Below are positions 51,791-64,000 of a stretch of 64,000 nucleotides of DNA, in pieces (positions within the stretch are counted from its first letter, which is position 1; every line of letters begins with the position of its first letter). Source of the stretch: Camelus ferus (taxonomy: Eukaryota). The notes beneath the pieces were generated by a model that ran no database searches, was not told the origin of the DNA, and saw only the letters and a list, made by a program, of their open reading frames with translations. The stretch spans positions 88,662,001 to 88,726,000 of the forward strand of contig NC_045696.1 of assembly GCF_009834535.1 (NCBI RefSeq), written 5' to 3'. Position numbers and translations under genes: made by a program.

Positions 51791-54224
51791 GTATGTATGA
51801 TTCTATGGAATAGTCTCAATTCTAAACACTTTGTCACACTGCCTCCATAAACATACCCCTACCTATATCATGTATCATGATTTAGAGTTTGGCAAATATG
51901 GTCAAGCAAGGCATGGAATACATACAATATGCAGGTAAAGTAGCTTAATATCTACTATTCAGAGTTCAGAGTATCTTATTACCTGCTATTTGTAGAGTTA
52001 CTTAAGTACCACACTTACATAGCATCACGAAGTACTAACCTACTAACCCACATGGTTTCTACACACATTAATCTACACTTAATTAATCACATTAAGTCAT
52101 TAGCCAACGGGATAAGGTACACAGGTCTATGTGAAAACACAGTCTAATAGCTATCCCTTTGTCAGCCGCTGTGATTTGGCCACAGGTATACTTTCTGTCC
52201 TACCTCTCCAACTGTCTTCTTTAAAAGTAGAAGTGTTTTTGGATACTACAGCATGCACGTATTTTCCCCAGTTCTGACACTCCTACTCTTGGAATTTAAA
52301 ACACACACACACACTTTATACTGAGACACTTTCCCAGTAGGCATTTTGTATATAAAGGCACACACACCCCTAAAAGGGGGGAAAGAGTGTAACAAGAAGG
52401 AATATTACTGCTGTATCTAAAGAAGCCTCTTTAAGCATTAAGATTATTAAAAGAAAAAAAAAATCAGCTCGTGAAAAAGAATCTCAGAGGATAAGAGGAT
52501 TTCTGCTGGAAGTCAGCCCTCACAGAGGCTGACCACATTTGCAGATGCAAAATTCCATTACTTCCCCAACAACCTCAGCAACATTAGTCTCTGGCCAAAG
52601 GGCCAGAGGGGGAGGGAGGGGGGCTGTCCTCCTTCTAAATGGGGAAGGAAAGCAGCCAAGCAAAAAGGGTTTGAGAAAGAACAATGGCCTCCTGGTGAGA
52701 AAGTGTGTTAAGTAGGTCGGTATTGGAACCGCATTTTGTTGCACACAAATCCATCATTGTTCCTTTGTATTTCCCTTTCCTTTTCTTTCCCCCTTCTTTT
52801 CCCTCCTCTGCCCTATTCACTAGTACTGTCATCTCACGTGAGTTTTTTTAAACCATGATATATTTGTTCAATTATCTGTAGACCTGCGGCCTCTTCATCA
52901 AATTAGTTGATCTCTATTTATAGCTGATAATTCTGCAGAAGAGATCTAATGAAAATTCCTGAGAGTGATCAAACTAAGTCAAATTTTGAATTGCTGTCTT
53001 CGACCCAAGGATTGTTGCCATTTTCCAAGACATCTTTTTCAATGAGTGTTGTAAATATACATTTTCTTTCAAAGATAATACTTTTCAATAAGAAAAACTA
53101 GGCTGAGTAGTATCAGGAGATAACATTTCCACGTTTTCCTTCACTCCCTACTCCAAGATCACATTATCTTAAAAAATGAACTTTGAGAGGCAAAAAAACC
53201 CCAAATAAATCTAAATAGACTTTGAATAATGATTCTGTCAGGGAGGGAATTCATCTGTACCTGGTAAGTATAATCACAGAAAATGTGCTGATATATTTTT
53301 AGCAATTAATATGTAAAACTGCCAAAGAAACTCATCTATAATACTCAGTATACAAGTGTGACTTTTTTGTTGTTGTTGTTAATACATTTCATATTCATTA
53401 ATTTCACCAAACATTATTTCACTTATATTCAATTCACCAACTGTCCTAATGGCCTCTAACGCTATTAAAAGCATAATGAAGAAAAAATTCAAACAAATAG
53501 TATCATTAACACAGGGTCTTAAAAACAAAGACCCCAAACCATAGTCTGAGCCATGGATCAAAATCCATTGTAAAGCCCAAGCTGCGGTTCATCATCTTCT
53601 TTCAACAATTAAGGTTAAAGCACCTGAATGCCAGTGCATTCCTATGTCCATCATAAGACTCAACTCAGGGGCAAGACTAATACTTTAACCTACAGTAAAA
53701 AAAAATGCCTGAAAACAATGGAATCCAAACAGTCAAGTCAATGCATGGTTAGCCAGGCTAACCAGGAGGGCCAAAACAAGAACCCTCTCACAGCACAGGG
53801 TCCAACACATACCACAAGACTAGGAAGAAAGTGACTGGATCCATGCAGATGAGCTAGGCAGTCAGGAGCAGCTGGGTTTCAAAAGTCGAAGCACAAAGGC
53901 AAACTCTCACCTAGATCAGTTAAAGGTTGGCAAATGCAACCAGAATGAGCAGTAATAGTAAACCCTGCTTGAATGGTAAAAGCAGGCTGCACTCTGCCCT
54001 GTTTTATAGAAGCTACTGGGGATGGAGTGTTCGGGGTTCATAAACATCGATCAGAGCCAGAAAGAAGCTAGGAGCCTTTATGCATTTCTCTTCTAATTGA
54101 TGGCAAAATTACTTCAACAACACCAATGGCTCAAAAAGCGTCAGAGCTGTTTTTGCAGTCAAATATTCTTATCTTCCTTCTCATCCTATTGACTCAGCAC
54201 TGGCAGCCAAAATAATGAGGGAGT

Positions 54225-54425
54225 TCAGCATGAGTTAAGGGTACTGCTCTAAGTGACTCTGAAAAAGTTACTTAACTTCTCTAACCTATTCCACTGTCTA
54301 GGAAGTGGAGGGGGGATATGATACTTGTCTCTTGGGGTGGCAGAATGCAGTAATGCATGAACAAGCTTAGGACAGTCCAGGCGTACAGTTCAAGCAATCA
54401 ACAAAAGGGATTGTGCTGCTATTGT
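54225..54425 (+). mobile_element. MIR relic
   Basis: 'aagttacttaacttctctaacc...aagcttaggacagtccaggc'. Confidence 0.65.
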
Positions 54426-54462
54426 TACCAGCATTTTAGGTTAACCATTAAAATGCCATTTT

Positions 54463-55564
54463 TTTGTACAGCTATGTGCAAAAGAATCAAACTGGACTAC
54501 TTTCATACTATATACAAAAATAAACTCAAAATGCTTTAAAGGCTTAAATATAAGACCTGAAACCATGAAACTCCTAGAAGAAAACACAGGCAGTAAGCTC
54601 TTTGACATCAGTCTTAGCAATTTTTTTTTTGAATATATGTCCTCAGGCAAGGGAAACAAAAGTAAAAATAAATAAATGGAAATATATCAAACTAGAAAGC
54701 TTTTGCACAGGAAAATAAACTATCAGCAAAATGAAAAGGCCACTTGCTGAATGGGAGAAGATATTTGTACTGGCAAGGATGCTGAGAAAAGGGAACCCTA
54801 GTGCACTGCTGGTGGGACTGTATTTGGTGTAGCCACTGTAGAAAACAATACAGAGGTTCCTTAAAAAATTAAAAACAGAACTACTGTGTGACCCAGCAAT
54901 TCCACTTCCGGGTGTTTTTCTGAAAAACAAACAAAAAAACCCCACTAGTTCAAAAAGATATATGCACCCCTATATTCACCGTAGCATTAGTTACAATAGC
55001 CAAGATATGGAAGCAACTTAAGTATCCGTCCATTGATGAATGGATAAAGATGTGGTGTTATGTATGTGTGTGTGTGTGCACATTTGTTTTGCTTTTTAGA
55101 TTCTACATATAAGTGAAATCATACAGTATTTGTCTCTCTCTGACTTACTTTACTTGACACAATACCCTCTAGGTCCATCCACATTGTCACAAATGGCAAG
55201 AGAGAGACAAATACTGTATGATTTCACTTATATGTAGAATCTAAAAGCAAAACAAATGTGCAAAAATAAAAAAGAAACAGATTCATAGATACAGAGAACA
55301 AACTGGTGTCTGCCAGAAGGGAGAGGGTGGGGGGATAGGTGAAGGAGATTAAGAGGTACAAACTTTCAGTTATGAAATAAATAAGTCATGGGATGTAACG
55401 CACTGCATAGGGAATATAGTCAATCATATTGTAATAACTTTGTATGGTGACAGATGGTAACTAGACTTATCATAGTGACCATTTTGTAATGTACAAAACT
55501 ATCAAACCACTATGTTGTTTACCTAAAGTAATATAATACCATAAGTCAATTATACTTCAATTTA
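54463..55564 (+). mobile_element. 5'-truncated laurasiatherian-type L1 with TSD, internal deletion and inverted duplication
   Basis: L1 ORF2-end and 3' UTR motifs; perfect TSD aaaatgccatttt at 54450-54462 and 55565-55577. Confidence 0.92.
55077..55262. repeat. Near-perfect inverted repeat (65/64-bp arms, 57-nt spacer)
   Basis: 55077-55141 is the reverse complement of 55199-55262 except for one A/T-run indel. Confidence 0.97.
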
Positions 55565-56609
55565 AAAATGCCATTTTATAGGTCAAAAATGGCCCAATAT
55601 TGGCAATTTCATATAGCCCAACCTAAAATTTATATCATTGACTATGATCAATTTATTAGTATTAATAATAGTAGTAGTCTTGACAAAGATTTTTGACCTC
55701 TTAAGGTCCTACTTTAGGTTCCCAGATGCTCTCATTTCAATTTGGAAATGCTGACAAATAGAAACTACTCCATTGCCAGCACCTCTCTATCGATCTATCT
55801 TTGTCTATCTTCCCATAAAGATGTGTCAAGAATTTGGAGAGTCATCCTACATTATGTACAAAACATTACAAAAGGCTGAGGTCACCTTTTGCTGTGCAGT
55901 TTAACCATTTGAAGACACTATCCTAGGACCTGGAGCAAAAGAATTCAAATTCAGGAAAGTTAAATTAAAATATGGATGTTTAGAGACCATCAAAGGAAGA
56001 ACTTCAAAAATAAGGCTGGGTTCAAAGAAAATAAAATGAGACCCAAAGCAGAAAGTGGAGTATAAAAATATGAGACTAAAAATATATATTTATATATTTA
56101 AAATATTTTAATATATTGTCTATAGAGTATAAATATGTATTATTTCACTGAGGCTTTAGCTAACAGAGTTTTGATGTGTAGCTATCATCTGAGTGATGGA
56201 GGTGCACTGATCTATCCCCATCCTCACATTTGGTGCCCCTGATGCCCAAATGCCCACTTTGTCAGGTGGGAACTAGGGTTAAAAGGGCAGACTCTGGACC
56301 ACAGAATGAGCAAGCTAATTGACACCCACAGGATTCCAGCCCTGACCTTTCCCTCATAAGGGAACTCCCTACCCTGATCACACACTAACAGTGCTAAAAC
56401 ATGCATTTAAAATACCATCAACTTTATGACTTAGTACTTTAACAAGCACTCATAAATAACCCTTTCTGAAATTCAGTGAGAATCTTATGTCTAGATATGA
56501 AAGGCATAATGAAAATGAGAGCTCTCCTGGTCTCTGAATATTATGTGCACAATGACTCAAATAAGCCAACTTTAGAGAAAACTTTAGAGTAAACCTGGTC
56601 ATCTACAAT

Positions 56610-56850
56610 GAATAGCATTGTTGTCGAGGGCTCCAGTGACAGCCTGCCTGGATTTAAATCCCAGGCTTGGTAGCTTTAGGAACTTAAATTATTTAACCCC
56701 TTCATGCCTCACCTTTGTCATCTGTAAATGGGGGGCACTATTATGGCTACCTCACAGTGTTCTTGTGGGAATTAAACGAGCTAATCTATGAAAAATACTC
56801 AGCAGAGTACTGGGCACATGGGAAATGTTGAAGAAATGGTAGCAGTCAGT
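56610..56850 (+). mobile_element. MIR SINE
   Basis: 'ctgcctggatttaaatccc...tcatctgtaaatggggg...ctgggcacat'. Confidence 0.8.
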
Positions 56851-57889
56851 ATTACTGTCATACTAATCACCTCTGGTTATATCTATACTAATAATGATGT
56901 TATAAATATAGAAAATGAATGATGAACATTACAGAGAGCAATCATTATATATGAAGATAAAAAGTATAATCATCCATCCATGCAACAGAAATAAAAGCCT
57001 CAACTTTACGTCTTACTAATATATCACGTCAACTATTTTTGAAAACTCCCTCACTCTAGCCATCTGTAATCAAGAAGAATACTAAGAAAGATCAAGGGAA
57101 TAAACTAGATAAAGAACAGAAAACAACATTAACTGGTTTCCTGTAAATTAGAACTCCCTTCAACTTTGTCTTGCCAAAGGCTACACTGGCAACCGTCCAT
57201 GCCTGTACAAATTATGCATACTAATTTATGTTAATCAGGCTAATTATTTCTCTTGAGATAACAGAAGACAGTTCCATCTTATTATTCTGAGCTGTGACTT
57301 TCATGTTAACTTTATCTTCTAAGCTTCACTTTTCGTATTCCTTTTGTCTCACAGATTTTTTGTATGTTTTTCTCCTTTGACCTCATGTTATTTTCCTTAA
57401 ATATAGTCTTTTACTGAAAATCTTCCCGTTTAGATATTCTAATTCAACTTTCCTTGATTTAGCATTCAGGTTATTTTATGTACCAGGGCTTGGGACAGTG
57501 CCTTAAATGTAATAGATACTTCAGCCAATGGTTAAATAATTATAGCAAAGTATCTAGGGTCAGATCAGCCATTTGCAATATTCTAGATCTGGGTGCATGA
57601 GTTTTCATGACTACTAATACATTTTCACCATCGTGGGATTACGTAAATTATCACTTGCAGTAGGGTAATTTCTACTTGACAACATCTAAAATTAAAATGT
57701 CTTCCAACCCAATTGCTCATAGACAATTATTACCATTATGCTCAATAAAGTTAGGAAGTTTATTTATGGAGAATAACTAGACAATTTTTCAAAAAGGCAG
57801 GCTTTTAACAATCTAAAGACAATGGCATTATATTAAATGTTAAATGCACTAATCAAAATTTTTGGACCTAGAAACTCTTATTATATACA

Positions 57890-57892
<3 letters not shown>

Positions 57893-57951
<59 letters not shown>

Positions 57952-57970
57952 TATATATTATATATATATA
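57893..57970. repeat. (TA)n microsatellite
   Basis: Long pure AT run, 57893 to about 57948, then an imperfect tail. Confidence 0.97.
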
Positions 57971-58356
57971 AAATATTTGAGGACTATAATCATGGCAAGA
58001 GTCCTGTAAGGAATAGTAATAACTAAAGAAGCAAAAATGAGAAAAGATAAATATATTGGTTTATTCAAATGATAAGAGTTCTTGAGTCCCTTCTCTAGAA
58101 CCAGAATCCTAGGACGAAGTCATATTTTCATTAAAAGAACGCTAATTTCTTCATACAAAGAATATCTCATTTAAAAGAAGCCAGCTTTTAGAAAGAGAAG
58201 CTAAAAGAAAACATTTCAAAAGAATAACAATTGTGTTGGGTGATTTCTTCTTAATCCTAAATAGCTTATAATTAACACTGCTATCAAAAAGTACAAAAAA
58301 TAAACACATACACACAGTACTATAAATCTTTTTCAAATTATTTTTTTTAAGCCTAG

Positions 58357-58540
58357 AGACTGTGTAGTACAATGGAATGAAAACAGGCTTTGCAGCCAGA
58401 AGACCCCAGTTCTAATTCTGTCTTTGCCTCTTTACTCCTAAAGCTATCAAGGGAATTAAATAAAATCACAGAGGTAATACATTTAGTGCAGTACCTGACA
58501 CATAGTAAGGGCTCCATAAATAATAAGACAGTTACTATTA
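58357..58540 (+). mobile_element. MIR relic (internally deleted)
   Basis: 'tgtagtacaatggaatgaaaacaggcttt...gtacctgacacatagtaagggctc'. Confidence 0.7.
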
Positions 58541-59089
58541 AAAGAAGGCACATTGAATATATATTTCATCTTATATCCTCCCAAATCCTAGGATGTAATA
58601 TGCCAGCTAAGCAAAAAAGTTTAAGATTACATATGAAACCTGCAATCATTGCTTCCAACAGTATATGACAATAATATTGGAGATAAGGATTCTAATATTA
58701 TATTCCAACTTTTTAAACTGTAGAAATAAAGAAAAAAAAAGCAAATGATTAGGATTGGGTAGAACAACCAAAAAACAAAAACAAACGAAAATGAGGGGTT
58801 ACAAGGGCTTTAGGGATAATAATAAGGCATTAAATCAATTATTCACTAAGTTGAAGGTTTTCAAAGAGCAAGAAGGCTCACCAACCTAGACTTCTTATAT
58901 CAATGTCCCAGTTTCCCAAACCAATAACACATACACACCAAGGGGTCAAAACCTAGAGAGAAACTGATGGAGGAAAAAGTGTGTGCTTTGGGAGGTGATT
59001 CTCATCCATCACATACTGCCTTGCCCCTGTTAAGAAGCACTAGTCTACAAAACACAGGCTCTCTTCTCAGCTGCAAAGTTCAAGAACAC

Positions 59090-59213
59090 TCTCTACAATG
59101 CATTATTGACGGGAGTGTAAATTGGCGGAACCAATCTGGAGAACAATTTAATAATATCTAGTAAAGTTTAAGGTGTGTACATCTTATCACCTAGCAATTC
59201 CACTCCTGCAAAG

Positions 59214-59244
<31 letters not shown>

Positions 59245-59800
59245 CCTCTTGCTTATGTACACAAGGAAGTATGTATAAAAAATGTTCATGGCAACGTTGT
59301 TTATAGTACCAAAGCAGAGGAAACACTGAAATGTCCATTAACGGGAAGAAGGAAGAGGTAAACAGAGCCTGGTATACGCACAAAATGGACAGCAGTAACA
59401 ATGCATGCTAGTGCATCAACATGAATCAATCTCATAAATAGCTCTGAGTTAAACAGAGCTGCCAAGGAATATATACAGCACAATACCATTCATATAATGT
59501 TTAAGACCATACACAACAACATGATTAAATTTCTAAGAGATACATACATATGTAGTAAAAGGTTTTGTTGATGTTTTGTTTTGTTTTAAAAGGGAATGAT
59601 CAACAGCCAGTTTAAATAGTGGAGTTACTACTGAGGTTGATGAGAAAGAAAGAAAATCAACGAGGAGAATACAGGGGCTAATGTATTTAACTTACACCAG
59701 GTAGTTGTGCATATGGGGATCCAATGCATTAAATTTTATATCCTTTTGCTTATCTTTTTATGTCTTAAATATTTTACAATAAAAATTTAAATTTCAAATA
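59090..59800 (+). mobile_element. L1ME-type 3' relic
   Basis: 'gggagtgtaaattgg', 'cctagcaattccactcct', 'atcaacatgaatcaatctcataaa', 'ataccattcatata'. Confidence 0.75.
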
Positions 59801-60439
59801 AAAATTCTCAGATTCTCTAGCTTCCTAGCACTAAATATTGAAAGTACAAAAGCAAATAAACCAAGGATGACTTCATCATCATGCACCTTATCTAAACAGC
59901 GGTGAAGAGTTGGTGAATAATAATCCAGTGCCATGATGACAATGCAATAATGCCTTCTCTTTTAAATCCAACCCCATCTAGCTCTGCCTTCCACTGTCAC
60001 TGCTATGGTCATATACGCATCATCACCTCTCACCTCCAACTGGTCTCCTCACCTAAATGTCTGCCCACCTCCTAACTGGACTCCACTTTGTCCCCACTGC
60101 CTGTCTTTTAAAAATCACTTTAAAATAAAGCACAAATAGTACTTACCTAGTAGATCAAAATTATCGTCCACATTCTAGTTCTTGGCATTAGTGGTGGGTT
60201 CATAGATTTTCCTTATGTCTTCAGTAAAAATAACAATAAAATGACCAATGATGCAGTCTGTCATGAAGCAAAGATTATGGTTAATCTAATTCTGTATAGC
60301 TAAGGTCTGTTTAAAAACCAGTGATGATGATGAGGCCAGCCTAGTTCTCCAAGCTCCCTTCCTTGCTGGATTCTACATACTAGTGGATAAATAAAGACAA
60401 TTGAACAATAAATACATAAGATAGACAGTATGTTAGACA

Positions 60440-60590
60440 GTGAAACTTATTTGTTTACTGACCAATTTCCCTCTCTAGAGTATTAGCTCCAAGAAGGCAA
60501 GAACTTTTTCATTGCTGTATCCCCAGTATCTAGAATACCACCTAACACATAGTAGGCAGTCAATAAATATTTGTTAAGTGAATGAACAAC
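60440..60590 (+). mobile_element. L2 3' end
   Basis: 'ctccaagaaggcaagaac...tcattgctgtatccccag...cacatagtaggcagtcaataaatatttgttaagtgaatgaa'. Confidence 0.85.
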
Positions 60591-61779
60591 ATATGGGAAA
60601 ACAAGTGTCCATTAAATGTTAACCGCTATCAGCATTATCACTGTAACACGGCCTTCCCTACTACACATACAATGATAATGAATGGAAAATGAATTTTGGA
60701 AAGGCAAAATATCTTGCCTTCAACAATGCTGGGATCCAAACAGAAATTTAAGTCTACAGTCTACCTCCACCAAGTGGTTCTTATGACCTGAACTACTCAA
60801 TTTCTTATGCTATATTAAATGAGGCTATGTAATGTCACTAAACTACACATCTCAGTATATGTTACAAAGCTCAGTTTTTAAAAAATTCTTCTAATTTAAA
60901 AGAAGAAATTTAGACCAACTGAGACTAAGCAATTTGTCTGGGGTCAGACCTATTAAAGACTGGTTTAGAATCTTAGACTCAGAGACACCATTTTACACTC
61001 AATGCTACCATCTATCTAAGTTATGATATGAAGTTTACATTATGGTACATTTCTTTTCAGCTGCTGTTCAACTTTGCCACCAGGTAGTTAAACAGAAATA
61101 TATCTATCACTTTTCACCAAACTCTATCAAGGCAAGACTTCTGGCAGCTCACCAAAAGAGACAGGGCAACAGAAGTTAGAACTGTGCACAAGTCAAAAAA
61201 AAAAAAAAAAAAAAAAAAGGGAAAGGCTTGTTTCTGCTTGTCCCAAAACATATTGGAAGATACCATAAAATGACAGCAAAAGAAAAGCAGTCTGACAAGA
61301 CAAATGAAGTTGAAAGACAAGGAGAATCAGATTTTTAATAATACAACTGTTTCATTTTTCTGAGGGCTATAATTATCAGAGTTTAAAAACTACCAATTGA
61401 TTATTATAGTCAACACTTTGATGTAGTAGGAATGCTACTAAATGGGATAAGGAATTGACAGAAATATAGGGCAGTGAGCTCAATAACTCAGTTGGACATC
61501 GGATCAAAAGCACTTCAGTTTATTAGAACTATGTCGCAAAGGCTTATATGGGTAGACAAAGGTTTTCAAATAAACATGCTATCCCAGAAATCTGTGTGAG
61601 GCACTAATTTCATACAAAACATGTCCTGGGCTATTCTTATTAACTTTGCTGGTTTCAACTTCACCACCAATCATTCTTAAGCTGCAGTTTTGTCTTTGTT
61701 CCATAACCTTTCCGTCATGCTTGATATCGCTTTTGGAGATTTCCAAACTTCTTGCCAAATCCAGTGTGCTCAGTTCACT

Positions 61780-62690
61780 TTGCCATCTTTGCAGCATGTG
61801 GCAATATTAAACTTTTTCTTTTTATTAAACTCTTTCCTCCTTGAACTTGTACATTCTAGTTTTCTCATACTATGATTTCTGACTTGTACATTCTGACTTG
61901 TACATTCTAGTTTTCTCATACTATGATTTCATCTCTCTTTAAATACTCCTTTTCCTTCCATCTGCTAACTATCCCTTGATGAACAGATTGCACTCCATGG
62001 TTTTAGCCAACAACTCCACATAGTTGATTCTCAAATCTCGAGTCCCATCTCTACTATCTATTCCAAGTTATAGCCAAGAAGATATACTTATCCGGCCAAC
62101 TATCTCCTCAACCTGAATACATGATGCCTAAAACTGAACTCCCTCTGCCAAACCATTGAACTCTCTCCCTCAAATCCAACTCCCTTTCTCAACTTTTCTA
62201 CCCTCAACAATGGTGCCACAGCTCTCCCGGTTACCAAGACACAGATATCCAGAGACACCTTTGCCTCTATGTCTTCATCTTTACTTAGCCAAAATTAGGA
62301 CACAATCTACAAAAATAAGAAAAAAGAAAAGTGGCTACCACAAAAGTAAAGCAATTAAAGAAAAATAGCTTTAATATTAAAATATTGGGTATTCCCAAAT
62401 AACACTAGTTTGAGGACAGAATATCTGAAGTATGTCCTATGTAAAAATCCACATACCCCATTACTGTCACACCTATTTTAGCAATTACTGTCTTCACAGC
62501 CATCTTTTCCTCTTTACTCACCAACACCACTGCTCTAGCTCAGGCTTTCATGACTTCCCATCTCAACAAGACTTGCCCCTCTTCCAATCCATTCTCCCCA
62601 TCAACCTCTGACATCAATCAGTGCCTAAAATGTATCATGCCATTCGCTTACCCAAAGATTTTCAACAACTCAAACTCCTCAGTTTGGCAC
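61780..62690 (+). mobile_element. Fragmented L2 relic
   Basis: 'atgcctaaaactgaactc', 'caccaacaccactgctctagctcaggc', 'ttccaatccattctcc'. Confidence 0.55.
61845..61930. repeat. Complex tandem duplication (35-bp unit x2 with an intervening 12-bp partial copy)
   Basis: acttgtacattctagttttctcatactatgatttc at 61845-61879 and 61896-61930; acttgtacattc at 61882-61893. Confidence 0.95.
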
Positions 62691-64000
62691 ATAATTTTAT
62701 ATTCCACTCTTGGTGGTAGGGTTGGGAAGCCTCTCCGCTTCAGATATATCCTCACAGTTCACAGACTGAAGGTATCCATGTAGGTATAAGACCAAGAAAT
62801 AACTGGTAGATTCAACTCATATCTACAACTTCCTTTTCATTTTCTTTCTCTCCTATTTTTCTCTTCATAACTTTTCCTCTTTTCTACTGCTTTTTTGTAC
62901 TTAATTTCTTTTTCACCTCCTTCTCTATGCTAATGGCTCCAACAGGAATTTCTAATCCCTAGTAACTCTAAGAACAAAAAATATTATTGATTGTTGTTTT
63001 AATCAACAGTTAATAATAAGAGATGGAACAGAACAGAGAGTGGAAGGAAGGAGATCTTAGCTCTGGCACAACTGTGTCCCCAAGGTTCTCACTGAAATTT
63101 TAAAATAAAGTCAGGAGTGAGGCCATACAAGCTCTCAGACCTGACAATGCAGGCCTCATTGAGTATGGAGAGTGTGGCCTGCTGCCCATTTATTCAGGAA
63201 TACAGAAGTAGCACAAACATAATTCCTCTCATTGTAGTTTTCCCCTATATCTCATCAAAAGCTAGACAGGGCCCTGGGTTTTCCCCCAGAGTAGATGAGT
63301 ATCAGATGGAAAGGAAATGAATTAAAATTAAGGAATCTTGGGACATTTTTATATTATCCCCTCACCCCCATACCCCAGTCCCCTACCCCCACCATCAAAC
63401 CAAGGATATCTTGTCCTTACAGAGCTTCCAATAAGTTGGGGTTGGACCTCCCAGCTCCCCGCCCTCCAAAAAAAAAACTTTCTCTGCTTTTCTTAAGTCT
63501 CACATTTTAATTGCATTAGGTCATATTTACATCTTCACAGCAAAATGAATTTTATTTCCCATTTCATAAAATACTCTGTCTTTCACAGAAATGAAATACA
63601 ACAAACAATTCTCACTGTACTCACACACATTTAAAGCCCCAATCTGAAGTCTATGGGTTTTACCCAAAGATGAAATTACTCTTGTTCACAGATATCCCAT
63701 ACACACCATTCAATTCTTTCTCCCTGCCCCCGACACTTTTTACTCTAAAGAAGGAGGAATCAATTTATTGACATCTAGATATTTTTAAACTTCTCCCTTC
63801 CTCTGTCTCTACTTTCATTGAAGGAAAAATTGGGGGCTCTAAGCAAAAGGGAAGGTCATCTGTATTCAGACAGCATATTTTTGCGAGAATGCAAAAAGCA
63901 GAGGAGGAGGAAAAGATGAATTGCAGGTAACTGAAAAGCAGTGTTTCCATTTAGGATTTCTCTTCCTTTCATTGCATGGCATCTAATTTAAACACACCAT

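Larger units (their letters stand above)
54437..55625. mobile_element. MADE2-like mariner MITE split by the L1 insertion (halves about 54437-54462 and 55565-55625)
   Basis: Rejoined sequence taggttaaccattaaaatgccattttataggtcaaaaatggcccaatattggcaatttcatatagcccaaccta has TAGGTT/AACCTA termini and resembles recalled MADE2. Confidence 0.7.

Overview
This is AT-rich, CpG-depleted mammalian DNA, almost certainly from a camelid (camel, alpaca or llama), because it carries two Vic-1-type tRNA-derived SINEs. I recognise no protein-coding gene, RNA gene or prokaryotic-type system, and the ORF track is almost all noise or decayed repeat sequence. The window is a mosaic of L1 fragments, MaLR (MLT1) solo LTRs, MIR and L2 relics, DNA-transposon MITEs (MER5A-, MER2-, MER45A- and MADE2-like), microsatellites and repeat-free blocks rich in transcription-factor motifs. 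All recognised L1s and most LTRs lie on the + strand, which suggests an intron of a large minus-strand gene (inference). The most notable structures are: (1) a near-perfect 65-bp-arm inverted duplication inside an L1 that itself splits a MADE2-like MITE (54437-55625); (2) a perfect ChoRE-type tandem E-box (29292-29308); (3) a candidate minus-strand exon/small ORF (45203-45469); (4) an L1 ORF2 fragment that looks internally primed, with TSD-like flanks (22728-22958); and (5) a CpG-retaining CRE/UPRE/MARE/MEF2/KLF motif cluster (13480-14110). Repeat subfamily names come from recalled consensus motifs, not a database search, and the boundaries of old repeats are approximate.
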